Shown here piece after piece: positions 1 through 12,983 of a DNA stretch of 21,852 nucleotides. Numbering within the stretch: position 1 is the stretch's first letter; each line of letters begins with the position of its first letter. The translations under genes and the position numbers were made by a program. The stretch covers positions 212,716,450 to 212,738,301 of the forward strand of contig JANKJI020000002.1 of assembly GCA_024626585.2 (NCBI GenBank), in the 5' to 3' direction. Source of the DNA: Ginkgo biloba (lineage: Eukaryota > Plantae > Ginkgophyta). Under the pieces are notes generated by a model. That model searched no databases. It was not told where the DNA came from and saw nothing but the letters and a program-made list of their open reading frames with translations.

Positions 1-440
1 GATACTCATAAGAAAGACTTTACACATACTTGACAATGGTTATTAAAAAAAAAGTATGACCATTAAGAAGTCACAATAGTTCCAAAGTTAATAGATGAAT
101 AAATATAATAATATAATACTAAGGGTACACCATATGAATTTATGGGTATAGAATCACCTCTATCTAAACCCATGATAATACATAAGTTAGATAAAATATT
201 TTATAATAATGACCATGAAATTATTACTCAATGTTACGCTCTTAAAAAATGTTTAGATATTATTAAGTATCCATGTATGGATCACATATTAGAATTAGTA
301 ATATGAGAAGTCCCTATAGATGGAAATCCATATCGTCATATAAATTATTGCAAAAGTAATCTAGAGTGAATGTCATACAAATAATTCACTTGCCAGCTTA
401 ATAAAAAAAGAAAATGGAACTTTTCAAATGTGTGTCATCA
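1..440 (+). mobile_element. Degenerate Ty3/gypsy pol fragment (protease-RT linker and RT start)
   Basis: 277-339 MDHILELVI*EVPIDGNPYRH resembles gypsy DHxIELxPGxxPxxxRPYR. 386-436 SLASLIKKENGTFQMCV resembles SPVVLVKKKDGTxRMCVD. Stops and frameshifts present. Confidence 0.65.
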
Positions 441-1612
441 TTTTGACACATCGTAGAAAAAATAATATCATTAATCATAATCTCAATTATACTAATGCAC
501 TAATGAAAAAGTATTTTAAGAAAGAGGAACTTTTTATGGACTTGATTAGAATAATTAATTATTTATGAAATGGTCATGACCCTATAGAATAGGTAAAATG
601 GATCATATAAATATCTAACCATATATAACATTATTCATTAATAATACATTAATCAATTCTTATATTAATATATCCATTCTATCAACTCATGTACTTTGAG
701 ATTCACCATCTTGAATAGGCTAATTTTAGAGACAACCCGTATCGAATAAGGCCACAATCCTCTTTAGTTCATATTAGTTAAAATCAAATTTTAAAAATGT
801 GAAATATAGTGTACTTTCAAATTTTACAATTGACATATATTTCTTAATTTTATAACTTAAAAAGGTAAGAATCATTATTAAAAATACATCTAATTTTATT
901 TTTGTGTAGAAAATCATGTTGATGGACATTGAGTCAAAACTACAAATTTTTTAAAATTGTTTTTGAATTTTTCATAAACTTTGATGTTGTTTGAAGTTAC
1001 TAATTGATGTTCCAATGTTCATTTGTAGGGTTTGGATTCTATATTGTCATAATTGTCCTCTTTGTAAATTATCAACTTTTTTCTTTCCTCTAATTTTTTN
1101 NNNNNNNNNNNNNNNNNNNNNNNNNNNNNNNNNNNNNNNNNNNNNNNNNNNNNNNNNNNNNNNNNNNNNNNNNNNNNNNNNNNNNNNNNNNNNNNNNNNC
1201 TTATGGACTTTATTAGAAGAATGCATTAATTTAGATACTATCAACTAGGGGTCTATTAGATTACTGTTGACTTGTAGTAGGGACTCTAACCACTAATTAT
1301 TGGTTATGTAGAATGCCTAATGGGATCTATTATGTAGGAAACCAAACCTCTAGTATATAAATTATAACTATAATTACTTAATAAATATTAAATATCCATT
1401 AGAATTCACCCCTTAACCCTACATTATAAAGGATACCAAGTGTAGGTCTATTTTCAACATATTTTTGCAACCAAGATAACCTTAGCAACCAAGATATCTA
1501 CCTCATACTAATTGTTAATGGTTTTGGGTGTGATAATTACCCTAGGACTACACTCATATGCCTAGTCTAAAAACATTATTAGTTATTATGGTTGTATCCA
1601 TAGTCCATAAAT

Positions 1613-1688
1613 CATGACTACATCAATAGCCTTACCATCTATAGTTACACTAATAGTCTTTAGACCCTATAACTACACCAATAGACTA
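1613..1688. repeat. Degenerate ~27-28 bp tandem repeat x3
   Basis: catgactacatcaatagcctt / tatagttacactaatagtctt / tataactacaccaatagacta at 1613, 1640 and 1668. Confidence 0.55.
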
Positions 1689-2694
1689 TATACCATTAGA
1701 TATGAGGTTTAGCATAAGCATATGTCTATCCCTCTAAGGTATTCACAACTCCATTATAAGTAACCCTAAAATGGTACATGTAAGGATAAAATAATATCCT
1801 CATATATAGATACCTTTAACTATGGCTCAATATCCCTTAGTAGGTATCTACCTACAAACACCATTATCTTAGATAAATTCACTAGGGTTTGTGTGGTATA
1901 GGTAGAGTATATCTAGAAATCATATGACAAAATGCATGCAATATTAAATATTCATTATTATATTATAATCAATCATATATACCATAAATAATCCCTATAA
2001 CTAAGGGAACCCTATCATAAGTAGTAAAAATATTAGAAATTAAGGTTTAAATCCATGATAGGAAAATTCATAAATCAAAAATACTATTATGTCCAAAAAA
2101 CTACAAAAATTGCATTATGGTAGTATAAAATAGGCTACTACGATATTCCATTAATTTATGGTAGTTAGAATTACTATAAAGTTGAGGTTTATGGAATACT
2201 TATAGAATTTAATACTTACTAAAATTATAACCTCTAGCTAAATGCATAAAATGCCTCTAAGGCCAGAAATGTATGTCCCTTTTATGTACAAATATATTTA
2301 CTTTCTCTATGGTGACAAATAGTGTAGTATCTTCAACAAAAAATGAGTAATTATATAGCTAAGAAACTAGTGCCACCTTTCTAAGGTCAATAATGTTAAA
2401 AAATAAATCCAAAGCTTATGTAATCACCTCCAATAATACCACCCTACTATAATTAATATATATAAGCACTTTTTATGTGAAAATATGCATTAGAAGGTTG
2501 CTATAATGAAGATGCCATGTGGTGAAGGAATTGATGTGGGGTTGTGTTGAAGCATGAAAAGGCTTTGAAGTGCCTTGGTGTAGTATGAGGCCTCCTTGTA
2601 ATTCTTTTGGAGGTATTTACCTTTTTGCAAAGCTCCCTTATTACACTGTAGGAGCCTTTTGTAGTATGCACTATACTTTGAGCTGTTGATTAAC

Positions 2695-3070
2695 TTTGGT
2701 CAATCTTAAGCATTGATCTGTTAGGGTTGTTTATTATGTTGGAGCCTTTTGTTATTTTTCGGGGCTCTATGCATTTTTACATCCTCTCCCAACTTTGCAC
2801 TTTGCACTTTGCACTTTGCACTGCGCCATTGATCTTCTTTGATCAATCTCAATCATTTATTTGTTGGAGTTGGAGCCTTTGGCTATTTGATGGAGTTTCT
2901 TGCATTTTGCATCCTTTCTCGACTTTGCGCTTTGCTCTACGTCGTTGATTGGCTTCAACCAATCTCAACCGTTGATCTGGTGAAACTAGCAAAACTTTCT
3001 TAGAGTCGTTTGCTATTTGTTGGAGCTTCTTGCATTTTGCATCCTTCCTCAAGTTTGCATTTTGCTCGGA
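2695..3070. repeat. ~130 bp degenerate tandem repeat x3 with nested (CTTTGCA)4
   Basis: The block ggagccttt..tattt..gg.gct..tgcatttt.catcct..ctttgc recurs at ~2741, ~2872 and ~3002. Perfect heptamer array at 2793-2820. Confidence 0.75.
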
Positions 3071-6000
3071 CACAACTTTAACTTTTGCTAAAGTCTGGCT
3101 GAATTATCCACCTTGCAAAAGCTAGCTTCCATCGTCGGATTCTAAAACCTTCTTATTGGAGATTCCTAATTACTGAAGTTTTTTGCGTCAACATTTGTCA
3201 TGGCGTTGGACAAATTGCCCAAATATGAGCTTTTGTTTGAGTTTTTGTCAGAGTGTTGCATTTTGTAAATCCCTCCTTTATTTTGCAATTTTCTCCAATA
3301 GACATTTCACTTAGTGAAAATCATAGGACTTCAAGCTTTCATAGTTCAAATTGGCCATTTGGTCACTCAAGTTACACAACCTAAACCCTACCAACGATTT
3401 TGCCTCTGGGAGCCTTCCAACGGACGTTCCCCTTAGACCCCATTAATATTTTTCATCCTAGACTTAGCAACCAACCATAACTAATTTTTAGACCAATTTT
3501 GTAGCCTTTCTTAAGATTACCAACTTCTTGCCACTATAAAATTTAAGCCAATAATTCTTCTTATGCTTCAAATCTGACCAAGATCAAACACCCCCCCTGT
3601 AATGATGGTCTCCATCACTTGCTCAATGAGTTTAGGAAATTTCTTCCTCATTTGATCCTCTATGAAGCATTTTTCTTCTTCGGGCAACTATCCTCTATGT
3701 ATCATCTCATGTAAAGCCGACCATTTCGCTTGTGCGTAGGCTATTTATTCAAAAATAAATTTTCCAATAGACAGAGTTGTTAATATGGTTGTAATGGACA
3801 TCAAATTTCTCTGTCAGAGGTGGTTTGTTTAGAGACCCCACATGGTCCATCTCACTNNNNNNNNNNNNNNNNNNNNNNNNNNNNNNNNNNNNNNNNNNNN
3901 NNNNNNNNNNNNNNNNNNNNNNNNNNNNNNNNNNNNNNNNNNNNNNNNNNNNNNNNCCCGTTTTATCCTGTTGAGTATGATATGATCCTCTTGTGGGTCA
4001 CTTTTATTATTAGGTTTATTAATGAGACTTATTTTAAAATAATCTAATTATTTTGGTTAATCATGATTATGGAGTTAATCTTACCACCTTGAGTGGATGG
4101 CACAACAAAACCTATGGAAAGATCCTTATTTTTATCATGCCAGCTAAAGAAGGCAAGCGTATATAATATTTTATGGAAAGTTGTATGAGTACTTACATGA
4201 ATTCTTGGCCTTCATTACAAATGTTCCCATTTTGATATTACAAGTACAAATAGCGAATCTTTACTCATATTACTTATTGGTTCATCTATTTCATGGTTAT
4301 GAGTTTTATATTTTATTCATATAGAATATAATATGATATTTATCTCATTTGATAGGGTATTCTTAGATGCATTTTTTAATTTATATTGAGATTCAAATTT
4401 ATAGAATCAGAGAAAGAAGAGAAATTCATATTTAGGGCCATATATTATTTAAAATCTAAGATTATTTACACTCTTTATAGAGTCATTTAATTCTATAAAT
4501 TAATCCTCAAAGGCAATTTTTTTATAGTGTGAGTCTTAATATACTTCAGTAATGAAGAAGCATGCACCAATTTATTATTAGAGTAAGTTGATATTTANNN
4601 NNNNNNNNNNNGATAACAATAAGAAGAGGGTTAATATTATCCTTACCATTAGTTGGAATCTAATATTTGTAGCATATAAACAAATATCTATTCCAATTCA
4701 ATCATCAAGAGAAAAACGAGAGGGAAACCAAATGAGAAGAGGAAATTGGAGAGAAATTTTCCAACAATGAGAAGTGGAGAAGACATACTAGTAGATAATT
4801 ATTGATTATAACAAGTTGCATTTGTATCTACCAATCTTGAATATACCAAAGGAGCACTAAAATTGGTTAGTAAATTAAGCTTCAACACTTTAGTTGTTTT
4901 TGTTCAATTTTTAACTAGATTTCATAATGTTGAAGGTCCTATGACCTCCCACATATCATCCAACCCCTAAAAATTATATTCTCAAATTTCACCCCCAAAT
5001 TAATGCACTCAGATTTGTAAGTATATCCAAACTAATTATCATTGGTTTAAGATTATATTTATACCACTTTATAAAGATCATTTTCCCAGTGTTATTTTTT
5101 GTGTTTTTTTCCTAGATTATGTTTCTTTAAGATAATTTGACCTTCCCTCTATTGATTTGACCCTATCACACTAAAATTATCTCAAATTTAGTTGTGTTTA
5201 ATGTCATTTTATTTTAATTTATTAATGTTCTCCGGCATTTGCTATAAACCTACCCAAAAAATCACAATGCATAAAAAATGTGTAGATGATAGCCTAACAC
5301 TATAATTTGATTATTGTGGGTAAAATTGTCCTATTGGGTAGTAAATTACCCATATCATGATACACTTTACTTTTTTAATANNNNNNNNNNNNNNNNNNNN
5401 NNNNNNNNNNNNNNNNNNNNNNNNNNNNNNNNNNNNNNNNNNNNNNNNNNNNNNNNNNNNNNNNNNNNNNNNNNNNNNNNATTTTTAGTCTGAAATATCT
5501 TGAAAAGTGAGTTTGAAGTTGGAGTAAATTTTAGCTATTTTTGGATCCATTCATAAACATTTTACAAAAATCAATAGTTTAAGCGAATAATTCAAATAAT
5601 TTATGGTAATTGCTTATAAAATAATAAATCACATTCTCTAGTATATAATTTCAAGGAAAATTTGAAGGGATTTTGGTTCCTAATGAAGCTAGAACACTCA
5701 ACATAAGAGAAACTAGGGCTTCAGAGTTATTTATGGGGAGGCAACAGTAATTACAAAAATTTTGGCACCAAATTCATATATATTGGTGATATTTTTATAT
5801 ATTTATAAAATCCATGTACTTATACCCATAATTCATATAATAAGCATCAAAATTGGTCACTTTATGACCCCATAATTCCTCCCAAAAGATAGTGCATAAT
5901 TTGGATCTAAAATTAGGGTTTTTAAAAGTGGTGATTGAATAGTTTTCTTAATCAAAGACTACAAAGGACCTAAGGTTTAATTTGACATTGATATCCTAAT

Positions 6001-6284
6001 TATATACACTCAAAGGAACAATGGAACTACATGAGTGGATTTAAAGGTTGGAAGAATACTTAGATTATACTAGACATAATATGTAACCTACAACACTCTT
6101 ATACCTGACAAGTCAAGCCTACACCTAAGCAATGTAGAAATATAAATTCTTAGAAACCAAAATTTTCTTGGTGGGTTAAGTATTAGACACTGGTGGTTGA
6201 TCTTTTGAAACATTCTTATCCCATAACTTATTAGTTTTTCTTCAAGTATTAACCACCATTTTACTTAGGATCTCTTCATATATA

Positions 6285-6465
6285 TATATGGTTCTTATAT
6301 CACATTATTGTTGTTCCTTTCAATAGGTAGACCATTAATTGTGTCTTATGTCTCTTTGTAAAGTCATTATAAGTAAATTACCTTTTCATTCCTTCTAAAT
6401 AAGCTTCTACATCTTCTCTATCCTAATTGGTGCTCTTAAAAGATAAGAGTTAAGTCATTTTTTTT
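6285..6465 (-). mobile_element. Degenerate Ty3/gypsy gag (Retrotrans_gag-like) fragment
   Basis: Minus-strand LSFKSTN*DREDVEAYLEGMKR*FTYNDFTKRHKTQLMVYLLKGTTIM*Y resembles plant gypsy gag PTFDG..GEDAEAWLxxMKKYF..K...A.Y.LKGKA..WW. Confidence 0.55.
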
Positions 6466-7253
6466 ATGTTCTACATTCCATACCCTCTTTTTTTCTAAGG
6501 GTGTTCCTTTATCATTGGCATAGTCCCTCTCCATCTATGATAGAGTGACACACTCTCTCTAGATATCTCTTAACCATCCTCCCTCCTAGGGATCTTATGG
6601 TGAACCAGGGTGGCATATTATATCATAGATGTATCTCCTCTCTCTATTCTATGTAATGTGGCTACTATATGATGAGCATTACTAATAAGTTATATAATAT
6701 TATTGTAAGGATCTTATATGATATTCACTACATTAGGAATGGGTACATGTATATCTAACTAGATACACTTAGTATTTTCCTGGACAACATCACCTCCCAT
6801 TTATTTCTTTACTCTTTTAGACATGACTCCTTATGGATTATTATTCTTTGATACTTGGTGGAAAGGCTTAATATGTCAATGAATAATATTACTTTCAATA
6901 AAATAAAATCATCCTAAGAGGNNNNNNNNNNNNNNNNNNNNNNNNNNNNNNNNNNNNNNNNNNNNNNNNNNNNNNNNNNNNNNNNNNNNNNNNNNNNNNN
7001 NNNNNNNNNNNNNNNNNNNNNATAAATCTTCAAGTATTCATTTCACCCTATACATAAATCTTATTATCCCAAGTTACCTCTCGATCAACATCTTCCTAGC
7101 CTTATTCTTTCCACTTTATTTCTTTTCCATGAGTTTCCTTTACTTCAACAATCTTCTTTATCATGCTTAGATGGATCTCCTTTTCTCCAAATTAGTCCTT
7201 CCAACATTCCAACCACTAAAAACCAACACCCAACCAACCAACAAAAAAAAAAG

Positions 7254-7349
7254 CCTATGTCTCCCTCTAATGGATCAACATTCTTTCTCTTTTCTTAGAT
7301 CTTATATGCTTCACTTAGTGGAAACCTATGTCTCCCTCTAATGGATCAA
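7254..7349. repeat. Exact 25-bp direct repeat (cctatgtctccctctaatggatcaa)
   Basis: Identical copies at 7254-7278 and 7325-7349. Confidence 0.9.
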
Positions 7350-7753
7350 TTAGTTAGGTTCATTATAACTTTAATAGATCCTTCCATTAATATGACTTTA
7401 ACATCCATATCATGCTATGGTGTAGTTTTCTTATATTCTTAAATATCCTAGTGGTTATGCCATTAAGGCCTCTTGAATATCCACCTCGAGCCCCAAATTT
7501 CTCCTGGTCTTAGATTCTCTCATTATCAGAGGTATGATTACCTTTTCCATTAATGTCTAAGTGTAATTATCCTTCTTCATAGCCATGCCTTTGTCCAATG
7601 GAATTTATTAGTATATTATTCAATCCTTCAAATTAACTCATCAATGGCTTGACACACCTGTAAATTTTTCCTTTATCATTCATCTATGTTCCATAGCTTA
7701 TTAGATGCCACCTTTTCCTCTAATATTGTCTCTCCTTAGAAAGTCTCCTTTTC

Positions 7754-7844
7754 TATGGTCTTCCATCCTTTATATATGGTTGTCCATCCTTTTTTTGTGG
7801 TATACCATCCTTTGTATATAGTCTTCCATCCTTTGTCTATGGTC
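7754..7844. repeat. 21-bp minisatellite, ~4.3 copies
   Basis: tatggtcttccatcctttata / tatggttgtccatcctttttt / tgtggtataccatcctttgta / tatagtcttccatcctttgtc / tatggtc. Confidence 0.85.
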
Positions 7845-8470
7845 AGTGTCTTTATTGTTGGATTTTTTCCTTTCATGGTTCTAAACATTATCATCCAATA
7901 TTGTCACCTAATTGTCCTGTCAGTATTTTTGTTGGCCACCCTTCATCAATGATGGCTTCCTTCTAACTACCTTTCATCTACCAAGTACCTCATGTTTGTC
8001 ACTCTTTTACTAGCTTTACCAATGGATCTTCATTGAACCATCTATGCCCTTTCATCAATGTCTTTGTCTCTGATGATTACCTTGATAAGAGCCTCCATCT
8101 TTCACCTCCTTCCATATCCCTTTTCTAGTGCCACTCGCTTGGATTTTTCTTGCCATTGGTCTATCCTTTTATCTCTAACATTGTATCATTGCATTCCTGC
8201 TTTAGTGGTCACTAATGATCTTTTAGCTTATAATCATCGACTTCCTCATTAGTGCTTTATCTTCTTATTTTTGATACGATATCANNNNNNNNNNNNNNNN
8301 NTGACATTATTCCCTTTTTGTGGTGCACACTTTCCCATCATTTTCATTGTCGGTGAAGATTATATTTTCCAAAATTTCCCTCAAGGTTTACCTGCTTCAA
8401 CCTTATGGTTGGCTCTGCCAAAACTTTATAAAATTTGCACTCTATCACATGCTATTAAGATGCTCTTGCA

Positions 8471-9600
8471 TTAGAAGAGCAAGGAAGTTTTATCTTGGGA
8501 AGGAAAATTATTAATAATTTCCTCCTAATTCAAGAAGTAATGCACTCAGTCAAATTGAGAAAGGAATCAATATCCATCATGAAACTATATATGGAGAAAG
8601 CATGCGATAAGATAAATTGGGATTTCCTATTTAAGGTCTTATAAAAAATTTGCTTTGATCCAAATTAGATAAAATGGATGCAAAGTTGCATAATAATAGC
8701 CTATTTCTCAGTGTTGAGTAATGGCTCACCAAGGANNNNNNNNNNNNNNNNNNNNNNNNNNNNNNNNNNNNNNNNNNNNNNNNNNNNNNNNNNNNNNATG
8801 ATCAATGGTTCCAATAGGTTACATCATAATCTAAGTAATACCCTAGGGTTTGGGAGAGTATTTTTTCCACTGAGATACCTAATAATTCTAATTTATTTAA
8901 ATAATTTAAAGTCTATGGATTCTAAGTGGCTTCTCAACAAAATTAGACAAAAAGTGGAAGCATGGGGATGCCACTATCTATCCTTATAAAGGATGCCAAC
9001 TTAACAAATATATTATTTCTTAGATCCCAATATATACTTGTTTAATTATGGAATTCCTAAAGGGAATCCTTACATAAATAGAGAAAATATTCAAAGAATT
9101 CCTCTAGAAAGGACCAAATCTTGGAAAGAAATTTAATCTAGTAAATTGGAGAGAGGTCTACAATCCCCTAAATAAAGGGGGCTTAGGAATCCACAAACTA
9201 TAAATCCTTAATAAAGCTCTAAGAGGGAATACTTTATAGAGACTCATCATAGGAACCCTATCTTTATGAAAATAGGTTCTTATAGTAAAGTAATATGAGA
9301 AATATAATTAGGACTAGATCCCAAACTCTAAACTTTATCCCCCAGNNNNNNNNNNNNNNNNNNNNNNNNNNNNNNNNNNNNNNNNNNNNNNNNNNNNNNN
9401 NNNNNNNNNNNNNNNNNNNNNNNNNNNNNNNNNNNNNNNNNNNNNCTAAACTTTATCCCCCAGGTATGAAGATCTATCTAAACGCTTTCAACTCTAAAGG
9501 AATAATGGAATTCTCTCTATCCTAGAAGATTAACAATGGAGAGAAGGTTAATTTCTATAATGAATAATAAAATGGAGAGGAACCCCTCTAAAGGAGGTAA
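8471..9600 (+). mobile_element. Degenerate L1-clade LINE ORF2 (reverse transcriptase and downstream region)
   Basis: LEEQGSFILGRKIINNFLLIQEVMHS..KLYMEKACDKINWDFLFKVL*KICFDPN*IKWMQSC..FSVLSNGSP matches the plant L1 RT motifs EQxxFxxGR, KLDMxKAYD and NGSP. Further on: PLRYL, KVEAW..YLS and NLVNWREV..P..KGGLGI. Many stops; YADD core absent or in a gap. Confidence 0.88.
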
Positions 9601-10159
9601 TATATCAAAGATATTTGCCAAATTTATCAGGTAAGACGCTGGTCTAAAGTCAAGGACTACACTGTGTACCTAAAGAGGTCCACATATTGAAAACCCAAAT
9701 CTCTTTGGCCACCATCATTAAGGAACTTGAAATCCCTTGAATCCTTGTTATAAATTTAAGTAGAATATCCTTGATAGAACTATCTTAAAATATCAAGGAT
9801 CTAATACTTAAAACCTAAGAGTTGATTACAAATATGGTGGAAGTCAAACTCATACATATCCTATGGTGGTTTAATATACTTATAGATCTAATGGAAAATA
9901 TGGGGGTTGGCATTAAACCAAACAAATAAATTCATAAAATTCAAATCATAACTTTGATGGGAGAGGACCTTCATGGATAGGTCATGGGAAATCATGATAA
10001 TTTATGGTTGAATTGGGATATAATGGGGGAACCCATCCCCTCCCCTTTCCCATACATTAACTCCTATGATATGTCTCTTAGTATGCTTAGTGAATGTAAG
10101 TGGTTAAAAATAACCCTCTCCCAGTCTATGTAAAGCGAGAAAGTTAAACTAGATAGTAG

Positions 10160-10422
10160 GTTCGATCAGTGAAGTTTCCCAGACATATGAGGTCCATGTC
10201 CCATATTCTTATCATGGGAAGCAGAATGTGCATTATCTTTCTTATGAGATAACATCTAACACCAATGAAAGACTTCCATAGATAGAGACAATAAGTAAGT
10301 AGATGAAGCATGCTTTGGATAGATTTAGAGAAACCCAGATGACCCCACAAGAAAAAGTTCAATCCCATATTGTTTATGACATCGACCACTGTCATTTTGG
10401 AGTTTTTCATGTGCAAGAAGAG
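10160..10422 (+). mobile_element. Possible Mutator-like (MULE) transposase exon relic
   Basis: ..NERLP*IETISK*MKHALDRFRETQMTPQEKVQSHIVYDIDHCHFGVFHVQEE ends at a consensus donor GAG|GTAAGT (10423). It loosely resembles the MuDRA segment before the SWIM domain (LPI..EKA..HxV..D..GVFEV). Confidence 0.3.
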
Positions 10423-11509
10423 GTAAGTTCACTATAAAACTTATTGAAATTTAATTATTTTTATGTTTTTCANNNNNNNNNNNNNNNNNNNNNNNNNNNN
10501 NNNNNNNNNNNNNNNNNNNNNNNNNNNNNNNNNNNNNNNNNNNNNNNNNNNNNNNNNNNNNNNNNNNNNNNNGCTGTAAGAAACTCATTATATTTTGGAA
10601 AAAGGATAAAAGGAATGGCCTTGTATGATGTGATATTATAGGGTTTTCCTATAGAGTTATACATTTTATCTCCTACTTAATGGTGGGTTTCTCCATTCCT
10701 TATCCATAATAAGGTTTATATCCAAGTTCATTGAAGGCAGTGGTCTAGAAATTTACAAGGTGGAAATTTCTTACTGTCATGGAGGATGATGCCTCTAGTT
10801 AATAACATGGTGCCTATGGTTTTATAAGGTTTTCTTTCTTGTAGGTGTTTATGCCTAATGTTTTATATTTGCTCATATTTATGGAATTACTCCCAGTGAT
10901 TGGTACTTTAGTAGTGTAATCTCTTGGACCTTTAAAGGGTTTCTTACNNNNNNNNNNNNNNNNNNNNNNNNNNNNNNNNNNNNNNNNCTTGGTGGTGGTT
11001 CATTTTATTCTACCTTCCTCTTTGAATGTCGATTTGCATTATGGTAATGTAGTGTAGGTGTCCCTCAGGTATTTTCTTACTTCATGGAATCCACCGCTAA
11101 TCATAGGGATCCAATTACTTCTTTATGGATTCTAACCTATTATCACATCCTTTATTCATCTAGCTTGGCATGTTGTGAGTGTATCTCTGGAAACCANNNN
11201 NNNNNNNNNNNNNNNNNNNNNNNNNNNNNNNNNNNNNNNNNNNNTTTTTCTCTCTCTAATATTCTATTTCTCTTAATCTTTTATATTTGTATCTCTATGG
11301 TTGTGTTTTATAGGTCGTACCAAGTCATCTTTATTTGTGTAAGAATTTGTAGGTTCCTTGTAATGTGAGGTCCTCCCTTTGTCTTTTTTCCCTTTTAGGG
11401 CATGCTTCCTTTGTACTATAAACCTACTCAATAATTATTCATCTTTGAATTAGCACTTCAATGCTTATCAGTTATGTTTAATCATTATTTCTATCTTNNN
11501 NNNNNNNNN

Positions 11510-11753
11510 NNAATGTAGTTTACATGGGCACTATAAGATCCTACAAAACTCTTCAAGTTTAGGATTTATCCTATGGTTGTAAATGGATCCCTTATGGTTT
11601 TGATACTTTATTAATTATAAAAACAAATTTCTATTTTGGTGCCTTTTGTGGCATCCAAAGATTAAATCTCTACGTCAAGGTTGCTAAAGTAGCCATTTTG
11701 TAAAATTTAAAATCTTTTAATATAACTATGCTTTTTAATCAAAAAAAAAAAAA
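11510..11753 (+). mobile_element. Probable LINE 3' tail fragments with A-rich ends
   Basis: ggatcccttatggttttgatactttattaattataaaaac and ...tttttaatc followed by an A-run ending at 11753, resembling plant L1 3' termini. Confidence 0.35.
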
Positions 11754-11922
11754 TGGTGGNNNNNNNNNNNNNNNNNNNNNNNNNNNNNNNNNNNNNNNNN
11801 NNNNNNNNNNNNNNNNNNNNNNNNNNNNNNNNNNNNNNNNNNNNNNNNNNNNNNNNNNNTGAATTTATATTATTTATATGAATTGTGAATGCGTTGAAAT
11901 AATTAAGCATAACGAGTGAGTT

Positions 11923-12983
11923 TGTTGATGAATAAGATTAAATACGATGTGATATGAATAGTGAATTATAAGCCATTGCAATAGGTTTAACAAGTAAACA
12001 TTCACTCCATTACAAAAAGAGAATCTAGTACAAGTGCATAGTAGTTAGTATCAGAAGTTAAATCTTGAGAATTCTTTAAAGCATCACCAAATTCTTAGAA
12101 AATAACTTAAGAATGAAAATAATTTGTAAGTGCTTCATGCATCTTTCAAAGCATTTAGAGTCGATAAGTGGTATGTTAAAAAAGAATGTAACATAGATTA
12201 ATCATTGCTTAGAATCAAGTAACAACAACAAAAAATCATCGAGAAGATGGAGAAAATCATTCTCAAGAGTCTGATTCACTCAAATATGTAAATGATGAAG
12301 TAAGATTTAAATGTTGAGGAAAATAATCACTAATTCAACCAAGGGAGGTAGTTAGAATTAAAAACTATTACAAGTATCTTCATAGTATTGCATAATTAAA
12401 GTAGATGAAGAAAGAATTGTGTAATATTTACATGAGAAATAAAGTTATAAGAATAAAATAAGAAAAAACTTAGAGATTCTCATAGAAATGCCTATATATG
12501 GAAGGAGAATGGTGTAGAAGTGAAGGAAGATAAAGAAATGCAAATATTGGTGAAATNNNNNNNNNNNNNNNNNNNNNNNNNNNNNNNNNNNNNNNNNCTT
12601 TAAAGTTTTTATTAAGATGTGTTGTCCATAACATTAGAATACACATGTGATACAGTGTAAGTAAGTGAGATGTGAACATGCAGTAAGAGCTAATAGGTGG
12701 CATAGATTTGGAAATGTCATTTACACTATATAGTATTATGCATTTCACTAACACATCCAACCCTTAAAACACTTGTTCTATGCACATGCGTAAACTTCCA
12801 TCACTTGCCATCAGTTTCATTTTTTTATTGTCAATTGTAGCTACCAGTCAGTTTATAGGAGTTACCAGTCACTTGACAGACTGACCGGTATCCTTTATAG
12901 TTACCATTCACCTGTCACAAACCACTAGTTTACACAGAATACTTTCAATCGGATTACATGTCAAAGATGTAACACATCCAACA
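11923..12983 (-). mobile_element. Probable LTR (solo or remnant) abutting the gypsy RNaseH fragment
   Basis: The minus strand begins TGTTGGATGTG at 12983, exactly where RNaseH similarity stops. A candidate far end is CAACA (tgttg on +) at 11923. A TATA-like ctatatat lies at ~12492, with short internal repeats (taccagtca; taacacatccaac x2). No matching TSD; left boundary uncertain. Confidence 0.4.

Noticed and set aside
5913-5921. Telo-box/telomere-like ttagggttt (similar at ~1883, ~8844, ~19951)
   Set aside because: Isolated copies inside TE-derived DNA, neither arrayed nor near the promoter.
12046-12057. tagtatcagaag as a tRNA-Met PBS
   Set aside because: Several mismatches, no preceding LTR CA end and no gag downstream. 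The orientation conflicts with the inferred minus-strand LTR.
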